From the NCBI GenBank assembly GCA_034670305.1, contig JAXMNT010000006.1:128001-192000 (forward strand): 64,000 bases of DNA. Direction: 5' to 3'. The notes below the pieces were generated by a model. It was not told where the DNA came from. It ran no database searches and was given only the letters and a program-made list of their open reading frames with translations. The DNA is from Deltaproteobacteria bacterium (GTDB lineage: Bacteria; Myxococcota_A; Polyangia; Polyangiales; Houyiibacteriaceae). Shown piece by piece: positions 19,606 to 32,078 of the stretch (positions within the stretch are counted from its first letter, which is position 1; every line of letters begins with the position of its first letter). A program made the position numbers and the translations under genes.

Positions 19606-21279
19606 TCAGTCGGTGCCGTGGGGCACGTGCACGCCCTTGGCGTGCGCGGTGGCTTTGGCGTCCTCGTAGCCGGCGTCCGCGTGGCGAATCACGCCCATGC
19701 CTGGGTCTGCGGTCAGCACCCGCTCGAGCCGGCGCGCGGCGTCTTCGGTTCCGTCCGCGACCACCACCATGCCAGCGTGGATCGAGTAGCCGATGCCGAC
19801 GCCGCCGCCGTGGTGCACGCTGACCCAGGTCGCGCCACAGGCGGTGTTGATGAGCGCGTTGAGGATCGGCCAATCCGCGATCGCGTCGGAGCCATCCAGC
19901 ATCGCTTCGGTCTCGCGGTTCGGGCTCGCGACGGATCCGCAATCGAGGTGGTCGCGGCCGATGACGAGCGGTGCTTTCACCTTTCCGCTGGCGACGAGCT
20001 CGTTGAACTTGAGGCCGACCCGGTGCCGGTCTCCGTAGCCGAGCCAGCAGATGCGGCAGGGCAGTCCCTGAAAGGCGACGCGTTCTTTTGCGAGGTCGAG
20101 CCACCGGTGGAGGTGCGCGTCGTCGGGCACGATCTCTTTGACCGCCGCGTCGGTGACCGCGATGTCCTCCGGGTCGCCCGAGAGCGCGGCCCAGCGAAAC
20201 GGTCCTTTGCCTTCGCAGAAGAGCGGGCGGACATACATCGGCACGAAGCCGGGGATCTCGAACGCGCGGGTGCAGCCGGCCTGTTCGGCTTCGGCGCGAA
20301 TGTTGTTGCCGTAGTCGCAGGCGAACGCGCCACGCGCCACCATCTCGAGCATCGCGTCGATCTCGCGTTTCATGCTCTCGCGTGCCCGGGTGACGTATGC
20401 GGCCGGGTCGCTGTCCCGCAGCGCCTGCGCGTCCTCGAGCGCGACCCCGCTCGGCACATAGCCTCGCAGAGGATCGTGCGCGCTCGTCTGCTCGGTGACG
20501 AAGTCCGGTGTGACCCCGCGTCGCACGAGCTCCGGGTAGATGTCGGCCGCGTTGCCGACCAGGCCGATGCTGGTGGCCTTGTTCTCCGCCGTCGCTTCTT
20601 CGATCCACCGGAGCGCTTCGTCGAGGTCGGTGGTCGCTTTGTCGAGGTAGCGGGTCTCGAGGCGGCGCTGGACGCGGGTCGGATCGATCTCGATCCCGAG
20701 GAAGGACGCACCGGCCATCGTCGCCGCCAGCGGCTGCGCGCCGCCCATGCCGCCGAGCCCCGCGGAGAGGATCCAGCGTCCGTCCCACGTCCCCTCGAAG
20801 TGCACCTTGGCGGCGCTCACGAACGTCTCGTAGGTGCCCTGGAGGATCCCCTGGGTGCCGATGTAGATCCACGAGCCGGCCGTCATCTGGCCGAACATCG
20901 TCAGGCCTTTGGTCTCGAGGTCGCGAAACGTCTCCCAGTTCGCCCACTTCGGCACCAGCAAACTGTTGGCGATGAGCACCCGCGGGGCGTCCGCGTGGGT
21001 CCGGAACCGGCCGACCGCTTTGCCGCTCTGGACCAGCAGCGTCTCGTCCGGGCCGAGCGCCTCGAGCTCGCGCACGATGACGTCGAAGCACGCCCAAGAC
21101 CGGGCGGCTTTGCCGGTCCCGCCGTAGACCACCAACTCCTCGGGCCGTTCGGCGACGTCGGAGTCGAGGTTGTTCATCAGCATGCGCAGCGCGGCTTCTT
21201 GGGGCCAGCCTTTGCAGCGGAGGTCGGTTCCGTGGGCGGCTTTGAGCAGGGGCGGGCGGTCTTTGGTCGAAGCGGTCAT
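19606..21279 (-). CDS. hutU: Urocanate hydratase
   Basis: [57 protein letters not shown]. Confidence 0.97.
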   Translation of the reverse strand: MTASTKDRPPLLKAAHGTDLRCKGWPQEAALRMLMNNLDSDVAERPEELVVYGGTGKAARSWACFDVIVRELEALGPDETLLVQSGKAVGRFRTHADAPRVLIANSLLVPKWANWETFRDLETKGLTMFGQMTAGSWIYIGTQGILQGTYETFVSAAKVHFEGTWDGRWILSAGLGGMGGAQPLAATMAGASFLGIEIDPTRVQRRLETRYLDKATTDLDEALRWIEEATAENKATSIGLVGNAADIYPELVRRGVTPDFVTEQTSAHDPLRGYVPSGVALEDAQALRDSDPAAYVTRARESMKREIDAMLEMVARGAFACDYGNNIRAEAEQAGCTRAFEIPGFVPMYVRPLFCEGKGPFRWAALSGDPEDIAVTDAAVKEIVPDDAHLHRWLDLAKERVAFQGLPCRICWLGYGDRHRVGLKFNELVASGKVKAPLVIGRDHLDCGSVASPNRETEAMLDGSDAIADWPILNALINTACGATWVSVHHGGGVGIGYSIHAGMVVVADGTEDAARRLERVLTADPGMGVIRHADAGYEDAKATAHAKGVHVPHGTD

Positions 21280-21473
21280 CGGCGCGGAGTGTGCCATCGA
21301 TCCATGGCCAGAAGCGAAGCCGAAGCGGCCGCCCGGTGGGCCGAGTGAATACCGCCGCCAAGCGCCCCGTCCTCACCGGACGTGGTGCTCCGTCGGTTGA
21401 CGGTGACGCCTGTGAAGGCGAGGCTCACGCCGCTTCCGCGTCCAAGGACGCACCCAACGCTCCGAGGCCCCCG

Positions 21474-23624
21474 ATGAAAAAGTCCACCATGTTCGAGCGC
21501 CCTTGCTTCCGCGGTCTGTTGGCCGTGGCCTGTTTGATGACCACTGCATTCACCGGGTCGGCCACCGCCCAGAACCGCCCCGTCATCGAGCGCATCGAAC
21601 CGACCACCGGTGCGCCTGGTGTCGAGATCAGCATCGTGGGCCGCGGCTTCTCGCCTCGAAACACCTTCCTGCTCGGCAACGTCGAGCTGCCCGTCGTGCG
21701 CCGGCTCCCGAACCGCTACACGGTGACCCTCCCGCCCAACGCACCGAGCGGCGCGGTCACGATTCGGACCCGGCAGGGCGACTTCGCGGGGCCCTACTTC
21801 CGGGTCATCGCCGGACGCCCGGCGCCAGTGATCACCGCCGTGGTGCCGCCGAGCGCGCCGCCCGGTTCGGAAGTCGAGCTGCAGGGTCAGAACTTCTCGT
21901 CGCGTCTTTCGGACAACCTCGTCTTCCTGAACAACCGCCCGGTGGTGGTGCGCGCCGCCACGCCGCACAGCCTGCGTGTCATCGTACCCGCGGGCGTTCA
22001 GGACGGTCCCTTCACCGTCCGCGTGGTGGGTGCCGGCGAGTCCCAGAGCCCGGTGTTTCAAATCGGCGTGCCAGTGGCCATCACGGTCCTCGAGCCGGCC
22101 GCCGGTCCGCCCCGCAGCCGGGTGGTGTTGCGGGGCGCCGGTCTCTCGACCGACCGCCGGCGCACCCGAGTGACCTTTGGGGGGCAGCTGGCCCGCACCA
22201 TGAGCGCCTCGCCCGACGCCATCACCGTCACGATGCCGCGCCGCGCCAGCGGAGCCCATCCGTTCGTCGTGACGTTGCCGAACGGCACCGTGGTCACCAC
22301 CCCGGTGTTCCGGATCCAGAACCCGCCCGTCGTGGCGGACTTCGCCCCGCACGAAGGAGCGCCCGGCACCACCCTCGTCGTCACCGGACGCCACTTCGGT
22401 ACCGACGTGCGCGCCGTGCAGGTGCAGATCGGTGGCCGACCGCTCCGCGTGCGCAGCGTGAACGACACCCAGATCCAAGCCGACGTGCCGCCTGGGATCA
22501 CGAGCGGCCCGGTCGACGTCTCGGTGTATGCGTTGAGCGCGCGTTCGCGTCATGTCTTCACGGTCGCCGCCAGCCTCGCGATCACCTCGGTCGTGCCGAC
22601 GAGTGGCGCGCCCGGTTCGGTGGTCGTGCTCTCCGGCCAGGGTTTCGATGCCCGACCGCAGGCCAACCGCGTCCGCATCGGCGGCACCAACGCGCGGGTG
22701 TTGACCGCGAGTCCGAACGAGCTCCGCGTCGAAGTGCCGAACGGACCGAGTGGCACCATCGAACTCCAGGTCGGCCACGCCACCGCGCGGCCTCCGAACC
22801 CGTTCATCGTCACGAGCCCGCCTGCGATCGTGAACTTCCAGCCCCGTTCCGGTCCGGTCGGCACGCTCGTGACCATCGTCGGTCGCGGCTTCGGCGACCG
22901 CGCCGGCATCGTGCGCGCCGACATCGGCGGCATTCCGATGTCGGTCCGGTCGGTCAGCGATGGCCAGGTCGTCGTCGAGGTCCCGCGCCGGGCCCGCAAT
23001 GGCCGCATCTCGATCAACGTCGGCATGCGCGGAGGCGCGGGCACACCGCAAGACTTCCAGGTCGAGACCAGCCAACGCGCGGTGTCGGCTGTGACGCCCG
23101 CGGCCGGATTCGCCGGAACCGAAGTCACGGTCCGCGGACAAGGATTCCCACGCCGCGGCATCCTCGTGCAGTTCGCTGGCGCAGCCGCGGTCGCCGCGAC
23201 GCGCGACAGCCCCGTTCAGATCCGAGCAGTCGTGCCGCAGGGGGCCCAGAGTGGCCCGGTCACCGTGCTGCTGCCGGGCGGACGTTCGATGCCGGGCGGT
23301 GTGTTCCAGGTCACCGCGGCGCCGGCCGGACTCCGCATCACCGCGATCGAACCGGAGTGCGCCTACGCGGGATGCCGCGTCGTCCTGCGAGGGTTCGGGT
23401 TCTCCACCCGCGCCCGGACCAACCAACTGCGCTTCGGTGGCGTCCGCGTGAATGTCGACGCCGCCACGCCGACCACCCTCACGTTTCGTCTGCCGAACAC
23501 GCCGCGCCTCATCAACCAGAACATCCAGTTCGAACTCCGAGTCGCCCGCGACCGCACCCAGTCACCGCCGTTCATGATCATCAGGCGCCCGACCGGCGGC
23601 CCGACGGTCCGCATCCGCCGCTGA
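21474..23624 (+). CDS. Secreted protein made of 8 tandem IPT/TIG domains
   Basis: Signal peptide ending ATA-Q; eight PxIxxxxPxxGxxGxxVxxxGxxF-type units. Confidence 0.85.
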   Translation: MKKSTMFERPCFRGLLAVACLMTTAFTGSATAQNRPVIERIEPTTGAPGVEISIVGRGFSPRNTFLLGNVELPVVRRLPNRYTVTLPPNAPSGAVTIRTRQGDFAGPYFRVIAGRPAPVITAVVPPSAPPGSEVELQGQNFSSRLSDNLVFLNNRPVVVRAATPHSLRVIVPAGVQDGPFTVRVVGAGESQSPVFQIGVPVAITVLEPAAGPPRSRVVLRGAGLSTDRRRTRVTFGGQLARTMSASPDAITVTMPRRASGAHPFVVTLPNGTVVTTPVFRIQNPPVVADFAPHEGAPGTTLVVTGRHFGTDVRAVQVQIGGRPLRVRSVNDTQIQADVPPGITSGPVDVSVYALSARSRHVFTVAASLAITSVVPTSGAPGSVVVLSGQGFDARPQANRVRIGGTNARVLTASPNELRVEVPNGPSGTIELQVGHATARPPNPFIVTSPPAIVNFQPRSGPVGTLVTIVGRGFGDRAGIVRADIGGIPMSVRSVSDGQVVVEVPRRARNGRISINVGMRGGAGTPQDFQVETSQRAVSAVTPAAGFAGTEVTVRGQGFPRRGILVQFAGAAAVAATRDSPVQIRAVVPQGAQSGPVTVLLPGGRSMPGGVFQVTAAPAGLRITAIEPECAYAGCRVVLRGFGFSTRARTNQLRFGGVRVNVDAATPTTLTFRLPNTPRLINQNIQFELRVARDRTQSPPFMIIRRPTGGPTVRIRR

Positions 23625-23640
23625 CCTGAGCGCGGGATCC

Positions 23641-23673
23641 CGGCGTCGGCATCGGGGTCGGATTCGGCTTCGG
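23641..23673. repeat. Short degenerate (TCGGCN)n tract, the GCCGAN family on the minus strand
   Basis: CGGCGTCGGCATCGGGGTCGGATTCGGCTTCGG. Confidence 0.6.
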
Positions 23674-23751
23674 GCGTCCGCCAGCCTCTCCGCGCTACGC
23701 CTTCGGACCGCCCCCATGTCATCCTTGCGTCGGCGCACGCGCCGGCCGCCC

Positions 23752-24942
23752 ATGCAATCCCACTTCGCCACCCTCTCTCTCCTCTGCTGGTTCGCCTGCG
23801 CCTCCGGGCCTGTGTCCACGATGGATGCGGCCGACTCGGACGCCGAATCGGTGGATGCGGGTTCGATGGACGCCACCCTCGTGGCCGACGCGGGGAGCGA
23901 CGCGGGCGCGGACGACGCGGGGAGCGACGCGGGCGCGCCCCTCCCGATGTCGGTCGAGCCCTGCGTGGCAGGTCGTCCGATGAGCTGTTGGGAGGCGCTG
24001 CGCGCGGGCGCGTGTGGGCGCACCTCCCTCGACGAAGATTTTTCGACCGGCAATTACAACGTGCACGAGTTCGTGCTCTCGGTGATGGCGGGTGTCGACG
24101 TGGACGTGACGCTGCTCCGTGGTGCAGGCGCTTGGGATCCGGTACTCGTCTTTCACGACGAGGCGGGCGCCACCGTCTACGACGGTGAGGTCGGGGTCGC
24201 CGGGCCAGGGTTGACCATCGCGCCCGTGGCGACCGGCCGGGGCGGAGATACCGCGGAGGTGCAGATCACCTCCACAGTCGATGTCGCGCTGCGCGGCTTC
24301 GTCACGGGCTGGCATGTGGTGGACGGCGGCTTCACGCCACGCATGCCGACCGACGCGAACTACCGGCTCACCGTCGACACCGCGTGTGAGCCGCCGACGG
24401 GTCTGCTCACGCCCCCGAACTTCGACGAGTCGGACATGGTCGGCAGCTACTACATCCTCCCCGAATCCGAACCGCCCGGGCTCTACGATCGCAAGGCCCG
24501 CTGTTCGCGCGGCAACCGGCTGTTGATCCAAGTGCTGTACACCGTCGCGACCCGCTGGGCAGCGTTGCGTCCAGCCTACGCGCCGATCTCCTTTCGGGAT
24601 CTGAACGAGTGCATGCCCAGGATGACCGGCGACGCAGACCACGCGACGCACGACGACGGCACGCATGCGGACTTCACTGCGGGCTGCGCGACGCGGGTGG
24701 GGTGCGACACCGAAGCATCCGTCGCGTTGGCGAACCTGTTCGTCGACACCGGCGAGGTGTGCGGCATCATCTTCGACGACGCCGTGGTGCAGGCGGAGGT
24801 GAACCCCTACTTCCGCGCGACCCATGCGTACTCGACCTGGCACGGCGGCGCGGAGCGCACCTTCATGCGGACGGTGGGTGGACACACGAGCCATTTCCAC
24901 GTCCGGGTGAAGCGGCCAGACGGTACGTGCGTTCCGCTCTGA
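23752..24942 (+). CDS. Lipoprotein with a C-terminal MepA/M15-like (LAS) zinc peptidase domain
   Basis: WFAC lipobox; HATHDDGTHAD (HxxHxxGxxxD) and GHTSHFHVRV motifs. Confidence 0.7.
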   Translation: MQSHFATLSLLCWFACASGPVSTMDAADSDAESVDAGSMDATLVADAGSDAGADDAGSDAGAPLPMSVEPCVAGRPMSCWEALRAGACGRTSLDEDFSTGNYNVHEFVLSVMAGVDVDVTLLRGAGAWDPVLVFHDEAGATVYDGEVGVAGPGLTIAPVATGRGGDTAEVQITSTVDVALRGFVTGWHVVDGGFTPRMPTDANYRLTVDTACEPPTGLLTPPNFDESDMVGSYYILPESEPPGLYDRKARCSRGNRLLIQVLYTVATRWAALRPAYAPISFRDLNECMPRMTGDADHATHDDGTHADFTAGCATRVGCDTEASVALANLFVDTGEVCGIIFDDAVVQAEVNPYFRATHAYSTWHGGAERTFMRTVGGHTSHFHVRVKRPDGTCVPL

Positions 24943-24984
24943 GCTCCTGAACCCGATCCCCCGAATCCGACCGCGACGCTGACA

Positions 24985-26737
<1,753 letters not shown>

Positions 26738-26776
26738 GGCGCGAGCACGTGCAGGTGCGACGGGCGCGTGCGTAGG

Positions 26777-26813
26777 GCCGCCAGCCTCGCGCAGCGAGGC
26801 CCGTGCTGGCGGC
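26777..26813. other. Intercistronic stem-loop between guaB and guaA
   Basis: GCCGCCAGC/GCTGGCGGC outer stem with inner CTCGC/GCGAG stem. Confidence 0.55.
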
Positions 26814-26874
26814 AACAAACGAGCCGTGACTCGCCGCACTGCGCTGGCCCGGCCACACTGCTAGGACCCTCGAC

Positions 26875-28419
26875 ATGCCGCGCCCGGTGCTGATTCTCGA
26901 CTTCGGCTCCCAGTACACCCAGCTGATCGCGCGCCGTGTTCGCGAGCAGCGCGTGTTCTGCGAGATCCTCCCGTGTACCGAACCGCTGGAGCAGCTGCGC
27001 GCGCGTGAGCCGCTCGGCATCATCCTCTCCGGTGGGCCGATGAGCGTGTTCGCGCCGGGGGCGCCGCTCGTGGACCGGGCCATCTTCGAGCTCGGTGTGC
27101 CCGTGCTGGGGGTCTGCTACGGCATGCAGCTGACCAGCCACCTCCTCGGAGGACGGGTCGAGGGCGCGACCGGCCGGGAGTACGGCGCAGCGAAGATGCG
27201 CGTCGACAAGAACGTCGGCCTGCTCGCACCGTTCGCGGCCGGAGAAGAACTCGACGTCTGGATGAGCCACGGCGATCGGGTCGCGGAACTGCCGCCCGGG
27301 TTCGAAGTGCTCGGCCACACCGAGAGCTGCCCGAACGCGGCAGTCGGCGATCTCGAGCGCAAGATCTTCGGCGTCCAGTTCCACCCCGAGGTCGTGCACA
27401 CGAAGCGCGGCGTGGATCTGATCCGCAGTTTTCTGTTCGACATCCTGGATGCGTCGCCGGACTGGACGCCCGAGTCGTTCGTGGACGGAACGGTCGACGC
27501 GATCCGCACTCAGATCGGCGACGGACACGCGATCTGCGGGCTCAGCGGGGGCGTGGACAGCTCGGTTGCAGCGGTGCTGGTCTCGAAGGCGATCGGCGAT
27601 CGATTGACCTGCATCTTCGTGGACAACGGCCTGCTCCGGAAGGACGAAGGCCGTCGGGTCATGGAGATGTTCGGCGAGTCCGGACTCGCGCTGAAGATCA
27701 TTCACGTCGACGCCGCGGACGAGTTTCTGGACGCGCTCGAAGGCGAGACCGACCCCGAGAAGAAACGAAAGATCATCGGCCGCGTGTTCATCGACGTCTT
27801 CGAACGCGAGTCGAAGAAGATCGATGGCGCGCGTTTTCTGGTGCAGGGCACGCTCTACCCGGATGTGATCGAGAGCGTCTCGTTCAAAGGACCGAGCGCG
27901 GTCATCAAGAGCCACCACAACGTGGGCGGGTTGCCCGAGCGCATGAACCTCGAGCTGTGCGAACCGTTGCGGCTGCTCTTCAAAGACGAGGTCCGCGAAG
28001 TAGGCGCCGCGATGGGCATGCCGCACGACGTGCTCTGGCGTCAGCCCTTTCCGGGCCCCGGCCTGGCGGTGCGCTGCCCCGGCATCCTGGAGAAGAGTCG
28101 ACTCGACGTGCTGCGCGAAGCCGATGCGATCCTCGAAGAGGAGATCCGCGCCGCCGGCCTCTACGAGTCCATCTGGCAGAGCTTCTGCGTGCTGGTGCCG
28201 GTCCGCACCGTGGGTGTGATGGGCGACGAACGCACCTACGACTGGGTCATCGCCATCCGCGCCGTCGAGTCGCGCGATGGAATGACGGCGGACTGGGTGC
28301 GGTTGCCTTACGAACTCCTCGCGCGTGCCTCGAATCGCATCATCAACGAGGTGAAGGGATGCAACCGCGTCGTGTACGACATCTCCAGCAAACCTCCGGC
28401 CACGATCGAGTGGGAGTAG
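26875..28419 (+). CDS. guaA: GMP synthase (glutamine-hydrolysing)
   Basis: [48 protein letters not shown]. Confidence 0.98.
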   Translation: MPRPVLILDFGSQYTQLIARRVREQRVFCEILPCTEPLEQLRAREPLGIILSGGPMSVFAPGAPLVDRAIFELGVPVLGVCYGMQLTSHLLGGRVEGATGREYGAAKMRVDKNVGLLAPFAAGEELDVWMSHGDRVAELPPGFEVLGHTESCPNAAVGDLERKIFGVQFHPEVVHTKRGVDLIRSFLFDILDASPDWTPESFVDGTVDAIRTQIGDGHAICGLSGGVDSSVAAVLVSKAIGDRLTCIFVDNGLLRKDEGRRVMEMFGESGLALKIIHVDAADEFLDALEGETDPEKKRKIIGRVFIDVFERESKKIDGARFLVQGTLYPDVIESVSFKGPSAVIKSHHNVGGLPERMNLELCEPLRLLFKDEVREVGAAMGMPHDVLWRQPFPGPGLAVRCPGILEKSRLDVLREADAILEEEIRAAGLYESIWQSFCVLVPVRTVGVMGDERTYDWVIAIRAVESRDGMTADWVRLPYELLARASNRIINEVKGCNRVVYDISSKPPATIEWE

Positions 28420-28829
28420 TGCGGCGCATCGCGGCCATCGTGTTCGGTTCGGCGTTTTTGGCCGGATCCGCGCTCGCGCAGCCACGCGTCGTGCCCTGGA
28501 CCGACACGGCACCCGCCGTGTCCGGCACCGACGTCGAAGCCGCCGCGCTCGGCACGCCGGATCTTCGCACGGTGACCTTTCGTGCCCGACGCGCGTCGGC
28601 GCGCCGAACGGGCGAAGCCCGGGCGATCGAACGGCTCCACCAACACGTCGACGAGACGCTGACCCGCGTGCTGGTCTCGCCCGCGGTGGCCGAGGCGGCG
28701 CACGATGTCGTCCAGAACGAAGCGCGCGTCGTGGCGGTTCGAGCCCTGGTCGATGGGTCGGCGGTACTCGTCGTCGCCGTGCCGCGCGCATCGCTCCAAG
28801 CGGTCGTGGAAGTGGAGCAAGGTTGGTGA
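28419..28829 (+). CDS. Exported hypothetical protein
   Basis: GTG start overlaps the guaA stop; signal peptide ending ALA-Q. Confidence 0.6.
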   Translation: MRRIAAIVFGSAFLAGSALAQPRVVPWTDTAPAVSGTDVEAAALGTPDLRTVTFRARRASARRTGEARAIERLHQHVDETLTRVLVSPAVAEAAHDVVQNEARVVAVRALVDGSAVLVVAVPRASLQAVVEVEQGW

Positions 28830-29128
28830 CCCGCTTCGGTTTGGGGCTCGTGTGTGCGGCCCTCCTCTCGACGGCTGGCTGCTACCGCATCTCGGGGCCG
28901 GAGCGCGCCAAGCTGCAGGTGATCGCGGAGCCCGAGACAGCGCGCGTGTTCGTCGACGAACACTTCGTCGGCTCCGGCGCGATTCTCACCCGCGAGCCCA
29001 AAGAACTCACGGTCGGCCACCACCGGGTCACGATCCAGGCGCCCGGATACTTTCCGCACGACGTCGAGGTGGATCTGCCGGCGGGCACGACCACGGTACG
29101 CATCGCACTCCGCCCGATTCCGCAGTAG
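28823..29128 (+). CDS. PEGA-domain lipoprotein
   Basis: TAGC lipobox; EPETARVFVD...GHHRVTIQAPGY. Confidence 0.8.
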   Translation: MVTRFGLGLVCAALLSTAGCYRISGPERAKLQVIAEPETARVFVDEHFVGSGAILTREPKELTVGHHRVTIQAPGYFPHDVEVDLPAGTTTVRIALRPIPQ

Positions 29129-29198
29129 CAGCGCCTGCTGGCGTTGCGTGATTTGCTGGCGCTGCTCCGTTTCAGGGAGAGTTCGGAGCAACCAACTC

Positions 29199-29262
29199 GC
29201 TGAAGCCGACGCCGAAGCCGACGCCGACGCCGACGCCGAAGCCGACGCCGAATCCGAAGCCG
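29199..29262. repeat. About 10 units of GCCGAN
   Basis: Seen directly; intergenic. Confidence 0.9.
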
Positions 29263-29311
29263 TCGCATCCGCCCCAACACCCGCAGCTGAATCGAGTATC
29301 GTTCGGTCGCG

Positions 29312-30052
29312 ATGGGGTCCAAGTCTGCAGCTGCACTCGTCATCGGGAACGAGATCCTCACCGGCAAGATCGAAGAGGGGAACATCGCGAGTCTTGCGCG
29401 AGGGCTCTTCGCGCGCGGGGTGGAGTTTCGACGCATCGTGGTCTGCCGCGACGAGATCGAGGTCATCAGCGAGGAGCTGACGAGCCTCCGCACCGCCCAC
29501 GACTACGTCTTCACGAGCGGCGGGGTGGGGCCGACCCACGACGACGTCACCGTCGCCGGCGTGGCGCACTCGTTCGGTCGCGATGTGGTGCGCTCCGACG
29601 AGATCGTGGATCTCATCCGAGCGTTTCATGCCCGCCGGGACAAACCGGTGACCGATGCACATCTGCGCATGGCCGACATCGTTGCGGGCAGCCGCCTCCT
29701 CTCGAGCGAAGACGTTCCGTGGCCGACGCTGGTGGTGGACAACGTCTACGTCCTGCCGGGGGTGCCGGCGATCTTCCGGATGAAACTCGACGTCGTGCTC
29801 AAGGAGCTCGAAGGCGAGGGATTTGCCTCCTGCGCGGTCTACACGAACTGCGACGAGGGCATCATCGCCCCGGTCTTGAGCCAGCTCAGCGCGGCCCATC
29901 CCACGGTGGCGGTCGGTAGCTACCCACGCTTCGAGGCCGACGACCACAAGGTCAAAGTGACCTTCGACGGCAAGGACCCGGCCCTGGTCGCAGCGGTCGC
30001 AGACGAGTTCGTGAAGGCCATTCCAGCCGAGCTCTACGTCCGCCGGAGTTGA
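29312..30052 (+). CDS. CinA N-terminal-like molybdopterin-binding domain protein
   Basis: IGNEILTGKI, TSGGVGPTHDDVT, VLPGVP, VGSYP. Confidence 0.88.
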   Translation: MGSKSAAALVIGNEILTGKIEEGNIASLARGLFARGVEFRRIVVCRDEIEVISEELTSLRTAHDYVFTSGGVGPTHDDVTVAGVAHSFGRDVVRSDEIVDLIRAFHARRDKPVTDAHLRMADIVAGSRLLSSEDVPWPTLVVDNVYVLPGVPAIFRMKLDVVLKELEGEGFASCAVYTNCDEGIIAPVLSQLSAAHPTVAVGSYPRFEADDHKVKVTFDGKDPALVAAVADEFVKAIPAELYVRRS

Positions 30053-30108
30053 GTTCCGCGTAACGAATGGGCCCAACCTCCCGTACACTCCGAAACGGAG
30101 GGTCGACG

Positions 30109-30363
30109 ATGGAATCGTGGATGTTGGTTTCGGGCGCAGGCGGACTGCTGGGCCTTTGCGCACTGGCGGGGATGTTCTGGAGCTTCAAGAAGCTCGAGTC
30201 CCCCAAGAAGTGGGCCGGAATGGCGGTCTTTGCGGTGGTGGGTGCAGGTGGCGCGTACCTCGCGTCGAACGCCACGGCGTTGACGACCACTGCCGAAGAA
30301 GAAGCGATCGAACAGCAGATCCAGGAATCTGACTTCGACGCCGAGCTCGACGACGACTTCTGA
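30109..30363 (+). CDS. Small two-helix membrane protein with an acidic tail
   Basis: Two hydrophobic segments; GGAGG upstream of ATG. Confidence 0.6.
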   Translation: MESWMLVSGAGGLLGLCALAGMFWSFKKLESPKKWAGMAVFAVVGAGGAYLASNATALTTTAEEEAIEQQIQESDFDAELDDDF

Positions 30364-30436
30364 CGCGGTCCCAGAACGGGCCGCCACGAATCGCTGCGGC
30401 GGGTCGAAGTTCGGGGCGGGCGTACTAGGATCCGGC

Positions 30437-31273
30437 ATGGGCATCTTCCTGTACCGTGGGCTGCGAACGTGGACCGCACGGAGTGTGTGGGTCGCGGGCG
30501 CGCTGGGCGTGGTCGTGGTGGCAGGGTGTGGATCGTCGGACGGTGATGCTGGCCAGACCCAGACGCCGGAAACCGCGGTCGCCGATCCCGGCGCGGAGGT
30601 CGCGCCGGGGGAACGCATCGAGTTTGATGGAGAGGGCGTGAAGCTCGTCGGCACGTTCTGGCGTGGCACCACCCGTCCCGCCGACGGCGTCGTGCTGTTG
30701 CATCAGTTGAGCTCCGAGCGGAGCGAGTGGGGTCCGGTGATCGATGCACTTCGTCCGCTCGGCGTCTCCATCTTGTCGGTCGACCTGCGCGGACACGGAG
30801 AGAGCGTGGCCAATCCAGCTGCGGAAGGACCGGCGGCGATCGTGCTCTGGCGTCAGTTCGAGAATGTCGACTGGGCGAAGCTGCCCGACGACGCCGAGCG
30901 CGCGATCGAGTTCGCCCGTTCCCGCGGCGTCACGAAGTTCGTGCTCGGCGGGTCGAGCATCGGTTCGTCGGCTGCCCTGGTCGCGGGCGCACGTCGCGAG
31001 GATGTGGTCGGCGTCTTCGCGCTTTCGCCTGGCCGCGACTACCGCGGCCTCGAGACCTTGCCCGCCGCCGAAGCGTTTGGCGCGAGGCGCCTGCTGGCCG
31101 TCGCGGCCGAGGGGGAGGCGCCCGCCAAGGAGACCGCCGATGCACTCGCCGCCGCCGTGACCACGGGCCGCACCCACATCGTGCCCGGCAGCCACCATGG
31201 GCTCCGCATGCTCGGGGAGGCTCCCGACCTTCCGCAGGTGCTCGCTGCGTTTGTGGGGGAGGTGCTGCCATGA
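30437..31273 (+). CDS. Alpha/beta-hydrolase lipoprotein
   Basis: VAGC lipobox, DLRGHGES, GSSIG nucleophile elbow, C-terminal HHG. Confidence 0.85.
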   Translation: MGIFLYRGLRTWTARSVWVAGALGVVVVAGCGSSDGDAGQTQTPETAVADPGAEVAPGERIEFDGEGVKLVGTFWRGTTRPADGVVLLHQLSSERSEWGPVIDALRPLGVSILSVDLRGHGESVANPAAEGPAAIVLWRQFENVDWAKLPDDAERAIEFARSRGVTKFVLGGSSIGSSAALVAGARREDVVGVFALSPGRDYRGLETLPAAEAFGARRLLAVAAEGEAPAKETADALAAAVTTGRTHIVPGSHHGLRMLGEAPDLPQVLAAFVGEVLP

Positions 31274-32019
31274 GCGTGCGCGAGCCGAAGCTCAGCGACG
31301 TGGCGACGCGGATCGAAGCCGCCCGCTACGTGGTCGCGCTCACCGGTGCTGGGGTGTCGACCGAGAGCGGCATTCCGGACTTCCGGAGCGACGCCGGGCT
31401 CTGGGCCGAGCACGATCCCATGGAGGTCTCCAGCATCGAGGGCTTTCGCGCGGACGCCGCGCGCTTCTACGATTTCTGGCGGGACGCGCTGGGCCCGCTC
31501 GTCCATGCAGAACCGAGCCCGGCCCACCGGCTGCTCGCGCACCTCGAAGCGCGTGGACGCGTGCAAGCGGTCGTCACCCAGAACGTGGACGGACTGCACC
31601 AGCGGGCCGGTTCGCGGCACGTCCTCGAAGTGCACGGAACGTTTCAGACGGTCCGCTGCCTCGACTGTGGCCACGTGCTCGGGCTCGACGTGGTCTTCGA
31701 GACGCCGCCTCACACCGCGCCGGTCTGTCCCGCGTGCGACAAGGCCCAGCTGAAACCCGACGTCGTGCTCTTCGGGGAGATGTTGCCGCCGGTGTTCGCG
31801 GTGGCGGAGACCGAAGTGCGGCAGGCGGATCTCTTGCTGGTGCTCGGCACCTCGCTGACGGTGCACCCCGTTGCGGGACTCGTACCGCTCGCCAAACTGA
31901 ACGGTGCCCAAGTGGTGTTGCTCAACCGGGACGCGACGCCTTTCGACGAGGACGCGGACGTCGTCGTCCACGGAGAACTCGGCGCCATGTGCACCTCGCT
32001 GCTCTCGATGCTCGGCTGA
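31270..32019 (+). CDS. cobB: NAD-dependent deacylase (sirtuin)
   Basis: TGAGVSTESGIPDFR, TQNVDGLH, HG, two CxxC, KPDVVLFGE, GTSL. Confidence 0.93.
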   Translation: MSVREPKLSDVATRIEAARYVVALTGAGVSTESGIPDFRSDAGLWAEHDPMEVSSIEGFRADAARFYDFWRDALGPLVHAEPSPAHRLLAHLEARGRVQAVVTQNVDGLHQRAGSRHVLEVHGTFQTVRCLDCGHVLGLDVVFETPPHTAPVCPACDKAQLKPDVVLFGEMLPPVFAVAETEVRQADLLLVLGTSLTVHPVAGLVPLAKLNGAQVVLLNRDATPFDEDADVVVHGELGAMCTSLLSMLG

Positions 32020-32078
32020 CGGCCACACGGCTCGGGCTCTGCTCGGGCTGAAGATGAGGCGAAGAGGGACGGTGGGGC

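Noticed and set aside
18371-21279. Incomplete hut pathway (no hutH or hutG) as a novelty
   Set aside because: hut genes are often split across a genome, and this cannot be judged from one window.
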